Below are positions 39,301 to 54,200 of a stretch of DNA of 64,000 bases, one piece after another. This DNA is from Proteromonas lacertae. Taxonomy: Eukaryota. The notes beneath the pieces are model-generated. The model saw only the letters and a program-made list of their open reading frames with translations. It made no database searches and was not told the DNA's origin. Every line of letters starts with the position of its first letter. The stretch's first letter is position 1. The translations under genes were made by a program, and so were the position numbers. The stretch covers positions 1 through 64,000 of the forward strand of contig NGBS01001162.1 in NCBI GenBank assembly GCA_002245135.1, given 5' to 3'.

Positions 39301-42300
39301 ATAATTGTTAAGGACTGTGATAAAGTATCAGTAAATATATATTTCCCATTCATTGGAAAATCATATGAAGATTCAAGTAGTAAGTATGATGGATTTAGAT
39401 TTATATCTGGTAGTAATTATCTGTTATATCAAGATGGTACATCAACAACTAAATCAACATATCCATTATGTTTGGAAAAAGGATCATACACATTAGAATT
39501 AGCATCTAAGAATGAAAATGGTTGGGTTGATAGTTATATCACTTTATATGTAAATGGAAAAGAAACATTTAATGGAATATACTCTAAATCTGGTGCTAAA
39601 TCATATCAAGTTAATCTTAATACTTATGTAACTGAAAAACAAAATATTGAATTGAAATATACTGATTATGTAACTAATGATAATTGGAAAGAAGGTTTAA
39701 ATGATGGTGGTAATACAGTAAGTGGTAGTATGTATACTAATTATGTTGGGGATGTGAATAATCATTATTCAATTGCAAGATATTATACTCATCAGTTTAA
39801 TGTGAATAGCTATGCTGCAATATATAGAGTTACTGTTCATTATGCATATGGTGTAGCAATGTATGTAAATGGATTAGAAATCTTTAGAGAGTATTTACCT
39901 TCAGGTAATTTAACTGCTTCAACTACATGTTCTTCTGAAAAGAAAGATACTACAAGAACTATTGATATTCCAGGTTCTATACTTAAAGCAGGTAGTAATG
40001 TTTTAGCTGTCGAGTTACATAGAGATGGTATAGCAAGCTCAGATGAAGTTGCAAAAGATACATTCAGAATTGAATCAGTTGTTGAAATTAATGGTTTAGA
40101 TAATTGTTATAATTTGATTTTATCTAATGCTGCTAGTAGAGTATCAGATACATCAATGGAGAATATTTTAGATGCTGCAAAATATACAACATACTCAGGT
40201 CAAGCAAAGCAAGATCCATTGACAATTACATTTAAGAATTTAGTAGCTATTAATGATTTTATACTTCGTGGTACAGGTGCTAATCCACCAACGACAATAG
40301 CAGCAACTGCTCGTTTAGGATCTACAACAAAGACATTAATTAAGAGTAAAGATGTTGAATTTGATGAATCCCAATCAATGAAATCAATTGCTAGTGAAAT
40401 ATCAATGCCAATTCAATCAATAGGAGTGACTTTTGGAGGCAGTGGAACATTAGAATTAGCTGATTTTATACCAAGATATTGTGTTGGTTTTTGTGCAGCT
40501 GTTACAGAAGGAGATGATTATTGGCCAGTAGGTAGAAGAGGTGATACAGTTGAAATAGCATGTAAAGTTGGTTATACAGGTAGTAAAACAAGACTTTGTG
40601 ATGAAAATGGAGAATATGGAACTGTAGATGATAATTGTGTAGAAACTCCACAAGCACCAGTAGTTAAGTATGATAATGAAGTATATAAATTCACAAGAAC
40701 AGGTGCTGATGTACAAGTACCTCAGCCAAAAGTAACTGGTGTTGCTGAAGATAAATTAAGATTTGAAATTAAACCAGATATTACAGAAATATTCCCACAT
40801 ATGACACTTGATACAAAAAATGGAGAAATATATGGATATATTGATCCAAGTTATACATCAGGCCCAGTTACAGATCCACCAACAACAGCAAAACCAACAA
40901 CACAACCACCACCTGTGACTGATGCACCTACATCTCAACCACCAACAACAGAAGCACCAGCACCAGAAAGAAGAAATAGAAACTTAGCTGAATTAGTTCA
41001 CACTATTACTCAAATTTTTACAATAACTTGCTATAATAGAGATCGTGAAGAATTAAAAAATTCTGTTACAATCACAATAACAGCTGATGATCCAAAATGT
41101 GATGCTTCTGAAGGATTCCCAGAAACTTATGTTGGTGAAACAGTAGAAGGTATAAAATGCCCAGAGTATATGCAAGGAAAAGTTTTAAAAACATGTGAAT
41201 ACAATTTAGAGAAAAGAGAAGCAGCATTTGGTGGAGAAGATTATTCAAAATGTGAATATACTAGAATTGGTGCTTGTCAGTTTTATGGTACTGGTACAGT
41301 ATATAAAGATGTAATTAACAGATTATATCAAAATGGTTGGACATATGTCGTTACAGAAGCAACTGATCTTACTTGTTATGATTCAACAACTGGTGGTCAG
41401 AAATTAACTTGTCCTGATTGGTTACAATTACAAAACAATGGAACAATTATTGTTGAAGGTATTGAAGAATCTTTTGAAGATATTTACATTACTTTTAAAG
41501 TAACAAATCCACCTACTGAAAAGCCTTGTAGTCCAACAAATAGATTTCAGATAAGATATGGTGGAAGTATCCCATTGACTGGATTTAGTTATAAAGAAAA
41601 AGAATATAATTATACATTATCTGATGATCTTGATAAAACAATAACTCCAATTTCTGCAATAGCTGGTGTTGATCACTGTATATCAGATCCACCACTTCCA
41701 GCTGGTATTTCATTCTCACCTGATTACTTCAATAAAGCTGGTAGAATATTAGTAAGACCATTAGGTGCTTCTCTAGGCAAATATAAAATAACATGTGCTA
41801 ATAGAGTTGATTCAGTGAGTGATACAATAACAATTAGTGTAAATGCTCCATCTTGTAATGATAAAGATTATGGTGTACTTGAAATAGGTGGTACTAAGAC
41901 ATTATCTTGTGGTAAAAATAAACATGGAAAGATTGTTGTATATTGTAATAATAATCATGAATATGAAGTAAGAGAGAATTCATGTCAAAATTCAAAACCA
42001 ACCAGATTGTCATATAATAATAATAAAGCTATTACATTTTATAAAGATGTTACAGCAGCACCTCAGAAAGTAGATCATGATGGAGATGTTGGTATTGCTA
42101 AATTTACTACTACTTGTAAAATATCTGGTTTATCAATTCATCCATACTTAGGTTATATGGTTGGAACACCATCAGTATTAAATGTTGGTGTACAACAATG
42201 TAGTATATCACTAACACAAGATCAAACTGTTAATGTTACAATTAGTTATAATGTTCGACAAGGTGTTTGTACCTATATGGGTGAGACAATTAACCCTGGT

Positions 42301-43794
42301 GGAATTCGTGAATATGCATGCAAGGAAGGTGAGAATGGAAAAGTAATAAAGAGATGTCCATCTCAACCAGATGCAAATGGAGGTTATAACATTATAGATG
42401 AATCAACATGTAAGAAATTAAAACCAGTTACATTTATTTACAGTACAAAATCATTAGTACTTAAAGTAGGAGTAGCAATGAATAATATGTTACCAACAGT
42501 TACTTCTATTGCTACGTTTTCAGTAGAACCAGAATTGCCAAGTGGTATTACATTAAATCCATCAACAGGTTTAATATCTGGAACACCAGAAGAAATGCAA
42601 GATAATAAACAATATGTATTTTATGCAGAAGATGAATGGAAGAATAAATTTGAAATGAGTATAAGAATTGTGGATAAGACATGTCCTCAAAGAGATGGAT
42701 TCCCTGAAACTCCAATTGGTTCATTTGGAGAAATTCCATGTACAAATGGTAATGATGGGTATGAAAGAAGAAAATGTAATGATGATCAGACTTGGGATGA
42801 AACAATTGATGATTCAGAATGTGCAGATGCTGAACCAGAGTTAGTATATCCAGATAAATTATACTCATTCTTCGTAAATGTTCCAATTGATCCAATTATG
42901 TATGAGAAATCAGTTGGTATTATTTCATATATTGCAGATGATTTACCAATAGGATTATCAATTAATGAAATTGGTACAATATCAGGAACTCCAACAGCTG
43001 AATCTTCACGAACAGATTATAAGATAACAGGTGTTACTCGTAAATCAGAAATTATTGAAACATATATTTCAATATCTATAGAAGGATCATACTGTCCAAC
43101 TAATGGTGGTTTTAATAATACAGCTGCTGGTGAAACTGCATTTATGCCTTGTACAGAATCAACAACATGGGGTGTATCATCAAGATATTGTAAAGGACCA
43201 GAAGAAACAGGAACAGATCAAGCAGAATGGGAACCAGCAATTGAATGTAATAAGACTGAAGCAATATCTGGAAGAAAAGAATATCAATTTAGTCTGAACA
43301 TAACTAATATACAATATGATGTTACTTTAGAAATATATAATGCTGTATATGATGCAGTATATGAATTACTTTCAACATCATTTGAAGCTGATATTTCATC
43401 ATTAATGTATGTAGCTAGTGTAACTAGTGATAAAATAATGGTTTATGACTTTTATATATTCACAGAAAAGGAAGAACAAGAAGTTAAAGATATAATTACT
43501 CAAATGATAGTAGCAGAACAAGTAAAAACTAAATTAAAAGACAGAGACTATTCTTTTTTCAGTCAAACTGAAATTGTCGTAGGTAGTGAAGTGGAATTGA
43601 CAAAAACACATCAACCAAATGATGAGAAATCAAAAGATGAACTTCCATTAGCAATGATCATTGGTATAGCTGGTGGATGTGTTGTGTTGATATTGATTAT
43701 TTGTGTTTGCATTATTTGTTGCAGAATGAGATCAGCTAAACAGTCTACATTTTCAAGAGAAGTTCCAAAAGCAAAGAAAGCTGCTAGAGCATAA
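36383..43794 (+). CDS. Giant type I membrane surface protein: putative-Ig repeats, PA14, jelly-roll domain, HRM-like Cys modules, Pro/Thr linker, TM, short tail
   Basis: Signal peptide MRFCIILCIIALV via intron 36420-36445; PA14-like GSYTFKVKGDDC; repeated GxISGTP; TM MIIGIAGGCVVLILIICVCIICC; paralogous to the gene at 1-10231. Confidence 0.9.
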
Positions 43795-44057
43795 GTATGA
43801 TTTTCTCTCATTATTATTGTTTTATCTATATTACCTATCTATATATTATTAAATTTGTTTGCTTTTAAAGGAGAATTAACAAAAATGAAAAATAGTTCAA
43901 ATCTATTATGAAAATATAGGTGTTTCAAAAAATATAAATTCGTTATTTTTGTTTTTTACTATATTAGCTTTAATAGAATTCATTTAGACTTTTTAATCAT
44001 ATCACACTTACATAATTAATATACAGTATAATAATATCGAATTTATCCCTTATAGTA

Positions 44058-47000
44058 ATGAATCGGTTTAAGAGATTTGAACCAACTAAGAAAAAGAAGT
44101 TTCCAACAAGACCTAGAGTATCACATAATGTAAGTGTAGTGAAAGGTGATGTAATTTCAGGCTTTCAGTATATTTTCTATCTTATTGTGGTAGTGTGCCT
44201 GATTTAGCTCCAATAAAATCATTAGAAAAAAAGATGGAAATACATAAGCAGATGGAACAAGTTACACAGAGAATAGAAAACGTTATTAATAATTATGTGG
44301 AAGAATCAAATAGAGAGCCATTATACGAATTATCTGATGGAACATATGGTACAGCACAACTAGCTGTAGATGAATCGAAAGGAGCAGCTACAATGCTTTT
44401 TGTAAATTTCGAAAAAACAGGTATGACAAAAGAAGAAGTATTGATGTCAATTCAGAAATGGTTTGAAAGTGTAAAAGCAGGTGTTAGAATAACAGCAGAT
44501 GATAATTTTACTCACGATCCAGATGATCCTGAAATAGACGAATTTATAGAAGATACATCCCATTCAGCGGAAGAAATGGAAAGAATAAAAGATGAAAGTA
44601 CTTCACATTTAACTGAAATATTTTCAGAAGCAGTGAAAAGAGCAAGAAAATTAGCAATAAAATTATCGTATTTATAAACTTTGTTTTTATTTAATAGAGG
44701 AACTCAAGAGAATGAAGAAGTTAAACAATTGGTACAGGAAGTACAGAGTTTATTAACAGAGGGAGAACGCTTAAATAAACAGATCAAAGATCTTCAAGCT
44801 CAATTAGATAAATCACAACGGGAAGTAATGGAAATGACAACTAAGCAGAATGAAGATTTCTCATCAATCAGACAGCGTGAAAGTGAAATTAGTGGGCAAT
44901 TATTAGATATGTCTGAGGAATTGCGTGAAGCAAAACATGATAAAGAAGTTGCAGAAGAGAAAGTAACAAAATTAGAAGCAATATTTGAACAACTACAGAT
45001 TGAACATGCCAAAGAAATTGAAGATGCAAAAAGCGATAAGAATAATTTACATGAAAGAGAAGTGAATCAATTAAATGTATTTGTAATATATATTAATTGT
45101 ATATAAAATAGAAACAAATCGAAGAAGCTGAAAGAAATGCAAAAGTAGCTAAAGATCAATTAAAAGCAAAAGAAAAAGAAAATTTCAATCTACAAACTCA
45201 AATAACTCATTTAGATGCTCAAATCACTCAACTAAATCAAGCTGCAATCGATAAAGCTAGAGAATATCAAGCCGAAACAGCAGCAAATGAGCAAAAATAT
45301 AAAGAAATTCAAGATACATACATTGAACAGATTGATGATTTAAAACAGACATTAGAAGAATTGCAAGTACAAAGTCAATTTGATAAGAAGAATATTGAGA
45401 ATCAAGAGAAGATTATAGAAGAAAATGAGAAGCAAATAGGAGAGAATGAAATAGCATTAGAGAAATTAAGAGATCAATTGAGTGAAATAAAGAAGGCAAA
45501 TCATCAACAAGATACTAAGTTTAAGGAATTAGAAGCTGCTAAGAGCAAAGCTGATGCTGATATTGATCTATATAAACAGCAAATTGCCGATTTACAAACA
45601 GATTTACATGCAAATGAAAAAGAATTAAAATCATCAAAGAAAGAATTAGATGAAATAAAAGAAGCATTAGATAGAAATACAAGTTTATTAAATCAATATA
45701 AAAATGATACAAACAGTCAATTAAGTGATCAGAATAAGTTAAAAAATCAAGTAGCAAAGTTAAAGAGAGAAATAGATGATGATCATAAAGAGATAGAATC
45801 TTATAAAACTGATATTGATAATTCAAAGAAACAAATGACAGAGTTAAGAAATCATATTAAATATTTGGAAAATGAATTAGGAAAAAGAAAATCTGAAATT
45901 CATAACTTAAATGGATCTTTGACTCAAGTAGTAAATGATCAAAGAAAATCAAAAATCAAAGATAATAATAATAATAATAATAATAATCGTGAACCACCAC
46001 AACAACCAATACAGCAACAACAGGAAGATGATATATCAACAGTTGCTGAAGTACCAAGTATTGAAATAATACCAGAAATGGTTGAAGAAGAAATTAATAC
46101 TGATAATTCATTATTAAACCCAATGGAATTATTAATGGTTTATGATAAGAATTCAAAGGAAGATATATCATGTAAAGAAATATTAAGTTGCTATGATCCA
46201 TCTTATCAAGGTATAAAGTTTGATGCAGATAAAACACAATTTGAATTATTTGCTCATACTGATGAAGATATGATGACAGACACAGATGATATGATGATGT
46301 TAAAGAAAGAGGAATATGAGAAGAATGTAGAAAGTGAAGCTACAAGATTTGCAGAACCAATATATTTAAGAATAAAATTTTTACAAAAGAAGAGAAAACA
46401 ATTAGAGAATGAATTGAGTTTTTATAAAAATCAAGAAGGTAAATCAGAAGATCAAAAGATTGATGAATTATTTACACAGATTAATGATTTAATGGCAAAG
46501 AAAACTGATTTAGAAGATATAGTGATTAACCAAACAACTCAATTGGGTAAAGTAGAAGATGAATTAAGTGATACAATCAAAGAATTGAAAGAAATAAAAG
46601 AGAAAGAAAGAGCTACTAAAGATGAATTATGTGTAATACAGAAAGAACATTGTAAATGTAAAAAGGTAATTGATAAACTAAATGCAGATATTGAAGCAGC
46701 CAATGGTGCAATAATGACATATAAATCAAGACGAAATTCAAGATCCTCTATTTCTAGTCAGCCGATGATGAATATGAGTGAGTTTAATACTCTTGATGTA
46801 ATACCATCTGAACAATCCAGTCCATCTCATAAACAACCAAGACCAGAGCCGAAACAACAGCAACAATTATCAGAAGAAGAATTAATCGATGAAATAAGAC
46901 AAATACCTCAGAATCTATTAGCAGAAGAATTACAAAAGATTGTTGGTAGTGGAGATAGTAATAGTAATGAAAATGTAGAATTAACAAATGAACAAATGAT

Positions 47001-50000
47001 TCAAATATCTAGTGAAATAGCTTCTAATTTAGAGACTAAATTAACATCATTCCTTCATAATATAGATACACAGATATATGATATGACTAATTTAATTGTA
47101 GATGAAGATTATTATGATGATAATAATCATAATAATAACAGATATAATAATGAAGAGAATAAAGATAGAGTATTTATTGATGATAGTGATTTTAATGAAA
47201 AGAGAGCTGAAATTAATGATAGAGGTGAATTAGTAATAACAACAACTACATCCACTAATACATCAAACCCACCAAGCCCAACCAAATCCTATGGCTCAAA
47301 ACAGCCATCATTTCAAGTCTCACCAAGTCATAAAGTTATACAACATGAAGATAAGAGAAAGAGTAGTTTTGATCTAGTGATTAATACTAGTTTAGCCAAT
47401 CAGGAAGAGAGTTTAGATGAAAATGACTTACCTACAAAATCAAAATTAGCTTCAGCATTGAGAAAGAAAGTATCTAGTCATTCATTATTAGATTTTAAGA
47501 GTGAACATAGTAATAGTGATAAAAATAGTCCAACCAATTACGCAAATGTTATTACAACTGAAGCTGATTTAGATTATTATGAATTTGAAGGTACTGATTT
47601 AATAGTTAATGGAATGATGTATGAAACAAATCCATTCTTACAATTACCATATCAACCAACAAATGATCCTATCACTTACCAACCAGATTATCATTTACAA
47701 CCAACACAAGTAACTACAGAAGAGCCAGAAGCTATAGATTCAATCAAGCCCAAAGTGATTGATAAAAAGAAAGAAGATGGAACATTATCTTCATCATCAT
47801 CTGATAGTTATGAAGGTGCACAAATATACAAAGAAGGAGATAATGTAGTAACTAATTTATCAAAGAATCAAAGACTACTAAGTGCTAGTTTATGTAATAT
47901 TGAGAGTATGTCATTCCCAATTGTATATAGAGAAGATGCTGAAACAAGATATATATTTATATTACCAGATGGTCGTGAGCTATCAGCTGAAGAATATGAA
48001 TTATATAAACAACAATTTTTACAGAATAATGGTAAGCGAAGATCTTCATTAGTGAATGGTAAAAGGAATTCTATTAGTAATAGCGGTAGAAGTTCAATTG
48101 TACAAGATCCAAGTCATAGTACAGGTGGTATTATTAAAGGAAGACCATCATTAATAATGCCTAAACAACAACAACATTCAGAAGAAACTCAAACCAAAGG
48201 ATTAAGTCAACAAACAGTGAAAGATTCTCAAGGTAGAGAATATATTGAAATAAAACCAGGTGATAAAGTTAAACCTGGAGATAATGTAGTTACTGGTAAA
48301 GATGGTAAGAAATATGTGGAAGTTAAACCAGAAAAGAAACAAAAACAACAAACTGTAAAGGATGCTCAAGGAAGAGAATATGTAGAAGTTAAACCTGGTC
48401 AAAAAGTAAAACCAGGAAAGAAGATTGTTAAAGATAGTAATGGAAAACAATATGTAGAAGTTGATGAAAATGAAGAAGAAGGAGAAGTAATAGAGATAGA
48501 AGAACTAACAATTGTGAATGATAGAGCAACAGTAAAAGATACAAAAGGAAGAGAATATGTAGAAGTTAAACCTGGTGAAAAAGTCAAACCAGGAGAAAAG
48601 ATTATTAAAGGAAAGAATGGAAAACAATATATTAAAGTTGAAGAACCAACTATTAAAGATGCACAAGGAAAGACATATGTTCAACTTAAACCAGGAAAGA
48701 AAGTAAAACCTGGAAGAAAGATCATCAAAGGAAAAGATGGTAAAGATTATGTTGAAGTAGATGAGAATGATAAAAAAGAAGAAGAAGAAGAATTAGAAAA
48801 AGAACAGCCAGTAATAATTGATGAAAAACCAATAGTGAAATATACAAAAGGAAGAGAATATGTTGAAGTTAAACCTGATGAAAAGATAAGGCCTGGAGAT
48901 AAAGTAATAAAAGGTAAGAATGGTAAACATTATGTTAAAATGAAGGATGAAAATGAAGAAGAAAGAGAAAGAAGAAATATTCAACCAATAATTAAAGATG
49001 CTGAAGGAAAAACATATAAACAAGTAAAACCAGGACAATCTATTAAACAAGGTGAAAAGGTAATTAAAGGAAAAGATGGGAAACAATATGTAGAAATATC
49101 ACCAGAAGAAGCTGATACATATAATGAAGAAATGAAGGATGAATTTAATGAACCAGGAGAACCAATAATAGTAGAATCCAAACAGACAGGTCAAAAGATT
49201 AAACTATTACCAAATCAAAGTATAATTCAAGGTAAAGATGGTGAGAAATACATAGAAATACAACCAAGTCAACAATTGTTAAAAGGTGAAAAGATAATTA
49301 AAGATAATACTGGAAAACAGTTTATTATTATTGTTAATACTAAATCAAGAAGAGAATCTTCTATTTCTAATGATACATCTCCAACTAGTAGAAGACATTC
49401 TATTAATTCATATAAACGAGTATCTACTCAAATGAATACACTGGTTATTGGTGATACTGAAGAAGGTGAAGATGCTTATGTTAATAATAATATATTCTTA
49501 CCACAACCATCAGGTATTTTAATCAAATCAAAAATAGCATCTGAAACTCAAACATCTGCAAGACGTGTATCATTATTGAAAACATCACAAGAACCAAATA
49601 AAGTATCAACAACGCAGATAGTTGTACCATTTGTTGAACAACCAAATGTATTAAAGAGACAATCTCAAATTGATCAATATGAATCAATATTACAGAAATC
49701 ACCTAAGAGTCATTCGGTTAGTCCTTCTCCCAATCGTCGATTATCAATCACTAACTTAGATGCTGAACAAATTACACCATATGAAAAACCAATGGAAAGA
49801 GAACCAACTGTTATTGAGAAACAGAATCCATTGATTCATTTTGCTAAAGATGAAGATGAAGAAGATGAGTATTATGATCCAGATAACATGTTGAAAACAA
49901 TGGGAATAAATCCAAGATATTATGAAAGTAATAAAAAACTACTAAACCAAAGAATGAAAGAAAAAGTGAAAGAAGAACCATTAATTGATATTCCTGCTGA

Positions 50001-51118
50001 AAAAGAAATTTATAATAACAGTAAATTACCTGCTAATAAGATTCCATTAAAACCAAAGACAGTTAATCTTAGCTTAGGTGCAATGGTATAATATATATTA
50101 TCATTTATTTAGGCACAACCAGCTGTTGTTGTAATGCAACAACAATTTAAACGTTTAGATCCAATATTTAAGTATATAGAAATATGTATTTTATTTATCT
50201 ATTAATAGTTCTGTTGTAAGAAAGTTGAAAGATCTAAATCAAATTCATAAAAGAGCAGTGATTAAAGCACAATCAAAGATAAAGAAACTACAAAATATTA
50301 CAGCTCAACAGAACATAGCCATTAGACAATTGCAGTATGAAATACAACAAAGAGATCGTGCAAGTATTTATATATATTATATTTATTTATGTAATATGAT
50401 AGTTCTTGAAATTGGTACTGAAGAAGTAGCTCAAAGTTATCAGAAACATGTCAATCAAACCAAAGAGAAGAGAGCAGCTATGAACTTCCAAGTTTTATAT
50501 GAAAAGATGCTATTCCATAGACTAGAAGTAGAATATGATGAAACAACAGATGAAAACGAAAGAAAAGCCATAGAAAGATATGGACAAACATTATTACAAT
50601 CAACAGCTGAACATATTAAAGAATGTAAGAGATTAAAGAGAGAATTGGATAATCAAAACAAACAATTGAAGAATATACAAAAGAATAAAAATTTCAATGA
50701 AATTATTTATGGAAATCAAGTAAATGATTTATACACCCCCAAAATGCAACCAAAAAAATCCCCATCACATTTCAATCAAAATGAAGATTATATTCCAATA
50801 CAATATCCTCCTCCAGAACCTGAATTACCGAATGTGTTAGTAGGAAGAGGATTACATCGATTACCGCCAATGCAGAAGTATGAAAAGATGAGATCTTTAG
50901 CTGATAATAAATCCTATTCATTACCTCAATTGAATTATATTCGAGAAACTGAAATAGCTCTAAGTCCAATAAAACCAAGACCAGCATTTAAACCCTATGG
51001 AAGTAAAGCTGCTAAAAGATTACATCCATTAACATCAAGTGTATTTTCACCAATGACATTTGATAAAAGAGAAAAACTTCCACCTACGTTAAAGAAAAAA
51101 CCTTATATAGATTTTTAA
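44058..51118 (+). CDS. Very large coiled-coil/low-complexity protein with a seven-copy ~37 aa repeat; start uncertain
   Basis: ORFs 44195, 44681, 45361 and 50225 are linked by short GT-AG introns. The first exon is ambiguous between 44058 and 44195. Confidence 0.7.
48211..49330 (+). repeat. Seven degenerate coding repeats, consensus TVKDxxGREYVEVKPGxKVKPGxKIIKGKDGKxYVEV
   Basis: Visible in the translation of ORF 45361-50091 and in the DNA (for example ggaagagaatatgtagaagttaaacctgg recurs). Confidence 0.9.
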
Positions 51119-51290
51119 TTACTTTTAATTCATATTTATTGATTTTATAGTAAAACTATTTCTATTTTTTGAATAATTGAAATAAATCAAACAAGTATAG
51201 GCTATCACATTAATCATATGTGCTTGGAATGATGATATATGAAAAGCTTGATTTAAGCTCGAAACATTTGATTGGATATATAACAACAGA

Positions 51291-54200
51291 ATGAAAGAAA
51301 TTTGTTTATTATCATTTGTTTTTTGTATTTTTTACATTTTAATGTATATTACATAGATATTTGCTGTGTTGCACTTGCAGATGAGAAAAGTTATGTTAAT
51401 CAACACAGTGATTCACAAAATGGAGGTGTCAATCTCAGTAAAATAGTTTCAACAGAATATGAAAAAGGTATTTCACAAGAATATGCTAATCAAATGTGTA
51501 AAGGAGGTAATAAGATTAGTGTTAATTTCTTATTGGAAGGGTATGATGAGAAAAATCAAAAACATGATAATGCATTCGTTGGTTTTAAAAGTATTTTACG
51601 CTCAAGAAGAAGGATTCTGAATATGATGTAACAAATATGTTTACAATGACAGTTAAAACAAACACATATTCATTAATGCTGTGTACATCTTTGGATGATA
51701 TATATGAGTTAAGAAGAAACACCATAAAAGCTTCGCATTTGAGATTAGGAACTATTTCAGTAGAAATGAATGGTAAGATTATTAGAAAAATTGAACTAGA
51801 TGATATAAAAATAAATGATATTGTTGAAATAATATTTGAAGCTGAATCAAGAGTAAGAATTAATCAAGAATCTCCTTCTTTAGAATGGGAATATAGTGAT
51901 GTAAGTCAAAAAGATTCCTCTTGGAGTTTTTATTATAATGCGAATGAAGAGAATTGGAAATCTGGAAAGCCAAGTGAATTTGATAAGAAATCATCGATTA
52001 CTAGATATTATCGAAGTACATTTGAAATAACTAATATAAAAGATAATGGTCCTCCTTCAGTTACAATCGAATATAATGATGGTGTAATAATCTATGTAAA
52101 TGGTAATGAAATATATCGACGAAATCTGAAATCTGGTGAAATCGATTCATCAGTATTATCATTAAAAAGTGAAAGAAAAACTCGGGAAATCTCAATTCCA
52201 TTAGAAGTAATTCAAGAAGGACTAAACTATATAGGAGTTGAAATTCATGAAAATTCTGAGCCAACTGATAAAATCGATTCCTTTTTATTAGTGGTATCTA
52301 ATACTAATGCAATTAGTGGTAGTATTCAAATATCAAAAAGTGATAATGTTGATTATGTTTGTACTCCAGCAACAGATAATGAACTAGACAAAGGATATAA
52401 TATAGAGGGAATGGAAAATACGTTTGAAATCCAAGAAGGAGTAGTAAAAGATTTTTGTTCAATTGCATTCTATAATGATGATAAATTTGATAAACATCCT
52501 GAGAATTTCTTTCCATATAATATAACCTATACATTTAAGAACAATGAAGCTCATTATATAAATGAATTTTCAATAGCTGGTTGTACCAACAATGCCAATA
52601 CTCACCCCAAATCAATGAAGATATTTGGAAGTAGTGATAGTGACAATCCAATCTGGAACGAATTGTATTCTAATGAGAATATGGGTTTAACCGAAATAGG
52701 TGGAGATAAAGATGAAATAGCAGGATTAAATTGTTATAATAAGCATGAATATAGTTTGTTGAATAATAAAAAGTCATTTGAGAGTTATAGACTAGAAGTA
52801 TTAAGTATTAATAACTTTATGGCTACATGGGGATTTTATCTTCAATTTAAGTTATTTGTGATGAATCAAAAGTCATTATCTGTATGTGAAAATGATGGAG
52901 AATTTCCTTCAGTTTATGTAGGTGGAAGTTCGATGGTGAAATGTACTTATGGCTACAAAATTCGAAAATGTTTATCAAATGGTTGGGATAGCGTGATTGA
53001 TGATAATAAATGTGGAACTGGTGAAACTACAGAACCAACATCTGAATCAACTACTCAAATTGCAACTGAAGTTACAACATAACCATTTACAACAGAGACT
53101 ACTACACAATATACAGCAGAAATAACAACAATACCAACAACTGAACAAACCACTCAATCACCTACTACAATTAAACCAACATCACAAATACCTACAAGTC
53201 TAGCACCTCCTCCGCTAATCTCTACTGAATTACCTTCTTATCCTGTTGAAGTGATTGAAGATATGAACCAAATTATAATTAATTCTATTTCAATAGTTCA
53301 AAATGTGAATAAAGAAGCTAAAGAGTTGAACTATAAACCATCAACAAAGAAACATATACAAATCGAATATACAGTTCGAAAAAATAAAGAAGTTAATTCA
53401 AATACACTTCCTTTTGCATCAGAATCATCAACTGAAGAATTTATAAAATCATTTGAAAAAACAAAGAATGATTTTATATCGTTTACACAATCTCATTCAA
53501 TAAAAATGGATGATTATCAACCTCTAATAATTGAAAATAATATAAAAATAGATTTTGGTAATAACAAATTGAATTTACATTTTTCTTTATTTAAATTAAG
53601 AAGAAGATTATTAGATGAGGAAAATCACAATAATAATACATATTCAATGAGATTATTTGGTGATTTAAATAATGTAATAATTGAAAATGTCGAAATTAAT
53701 ATTTATATGAAAGGAAATGGAAATGAGATAGTAATAAGAGAATGTGGAATATTTGGTTCATTAAAAAATTCCACATTGAAGAATATAAAACTAAAATTCT
53801 TTAACAATATTCGATTTGATTGTAATTCTAATCCAACATTTAATGGATTAATCAGTGGTGAAAGTAAAAATGTGACATTTGAGAATATTGAGATAGAGTT
53901 TTATAAAGACAATATTAGAACATTGGCAATAGAAAATAAAGATTCAAATGATATTTGGAATGATAGTTGGTGAAGGAAGTGATATTAGAATTATCAATTG
54001 TAATGTATTTGGTGATATAATGACAGTTATAAATAATGGAAATAATACTAAAGATAATAGCAGTATATTTGGTGGATTGATAGGAAAATGCAATGATAAT
54101 TGTGAAATAAGTAAATCATATATTCAAGTGAATAATATTCTATTATATCAAAGTATGATTTTTGGTGGATTAATTGGTTCATTGACTGAAGGAAGTGAGA

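Noticed and set aside
48211..49330. CRISPR-like repeat-spacer appearance
   Set aside because: The repeats are degenerate, vary at synonymous positions and lie in frame within a eukaryotic CDS; no cas genes are present.
51583..51592. TTTTAAAAG as a programmed -1 frameshift site
   Set aside because: The heptamer is not in the X_XXY_YYZ phase of the upstream frame; a homopolymer indel is simpler.
53080..53082. Possible TAA reassignment (alternative genetic code)
   Set aside because: Single occurrence; TAA terminates many other genes here and multi-kilobase ORFs contain none in frame.
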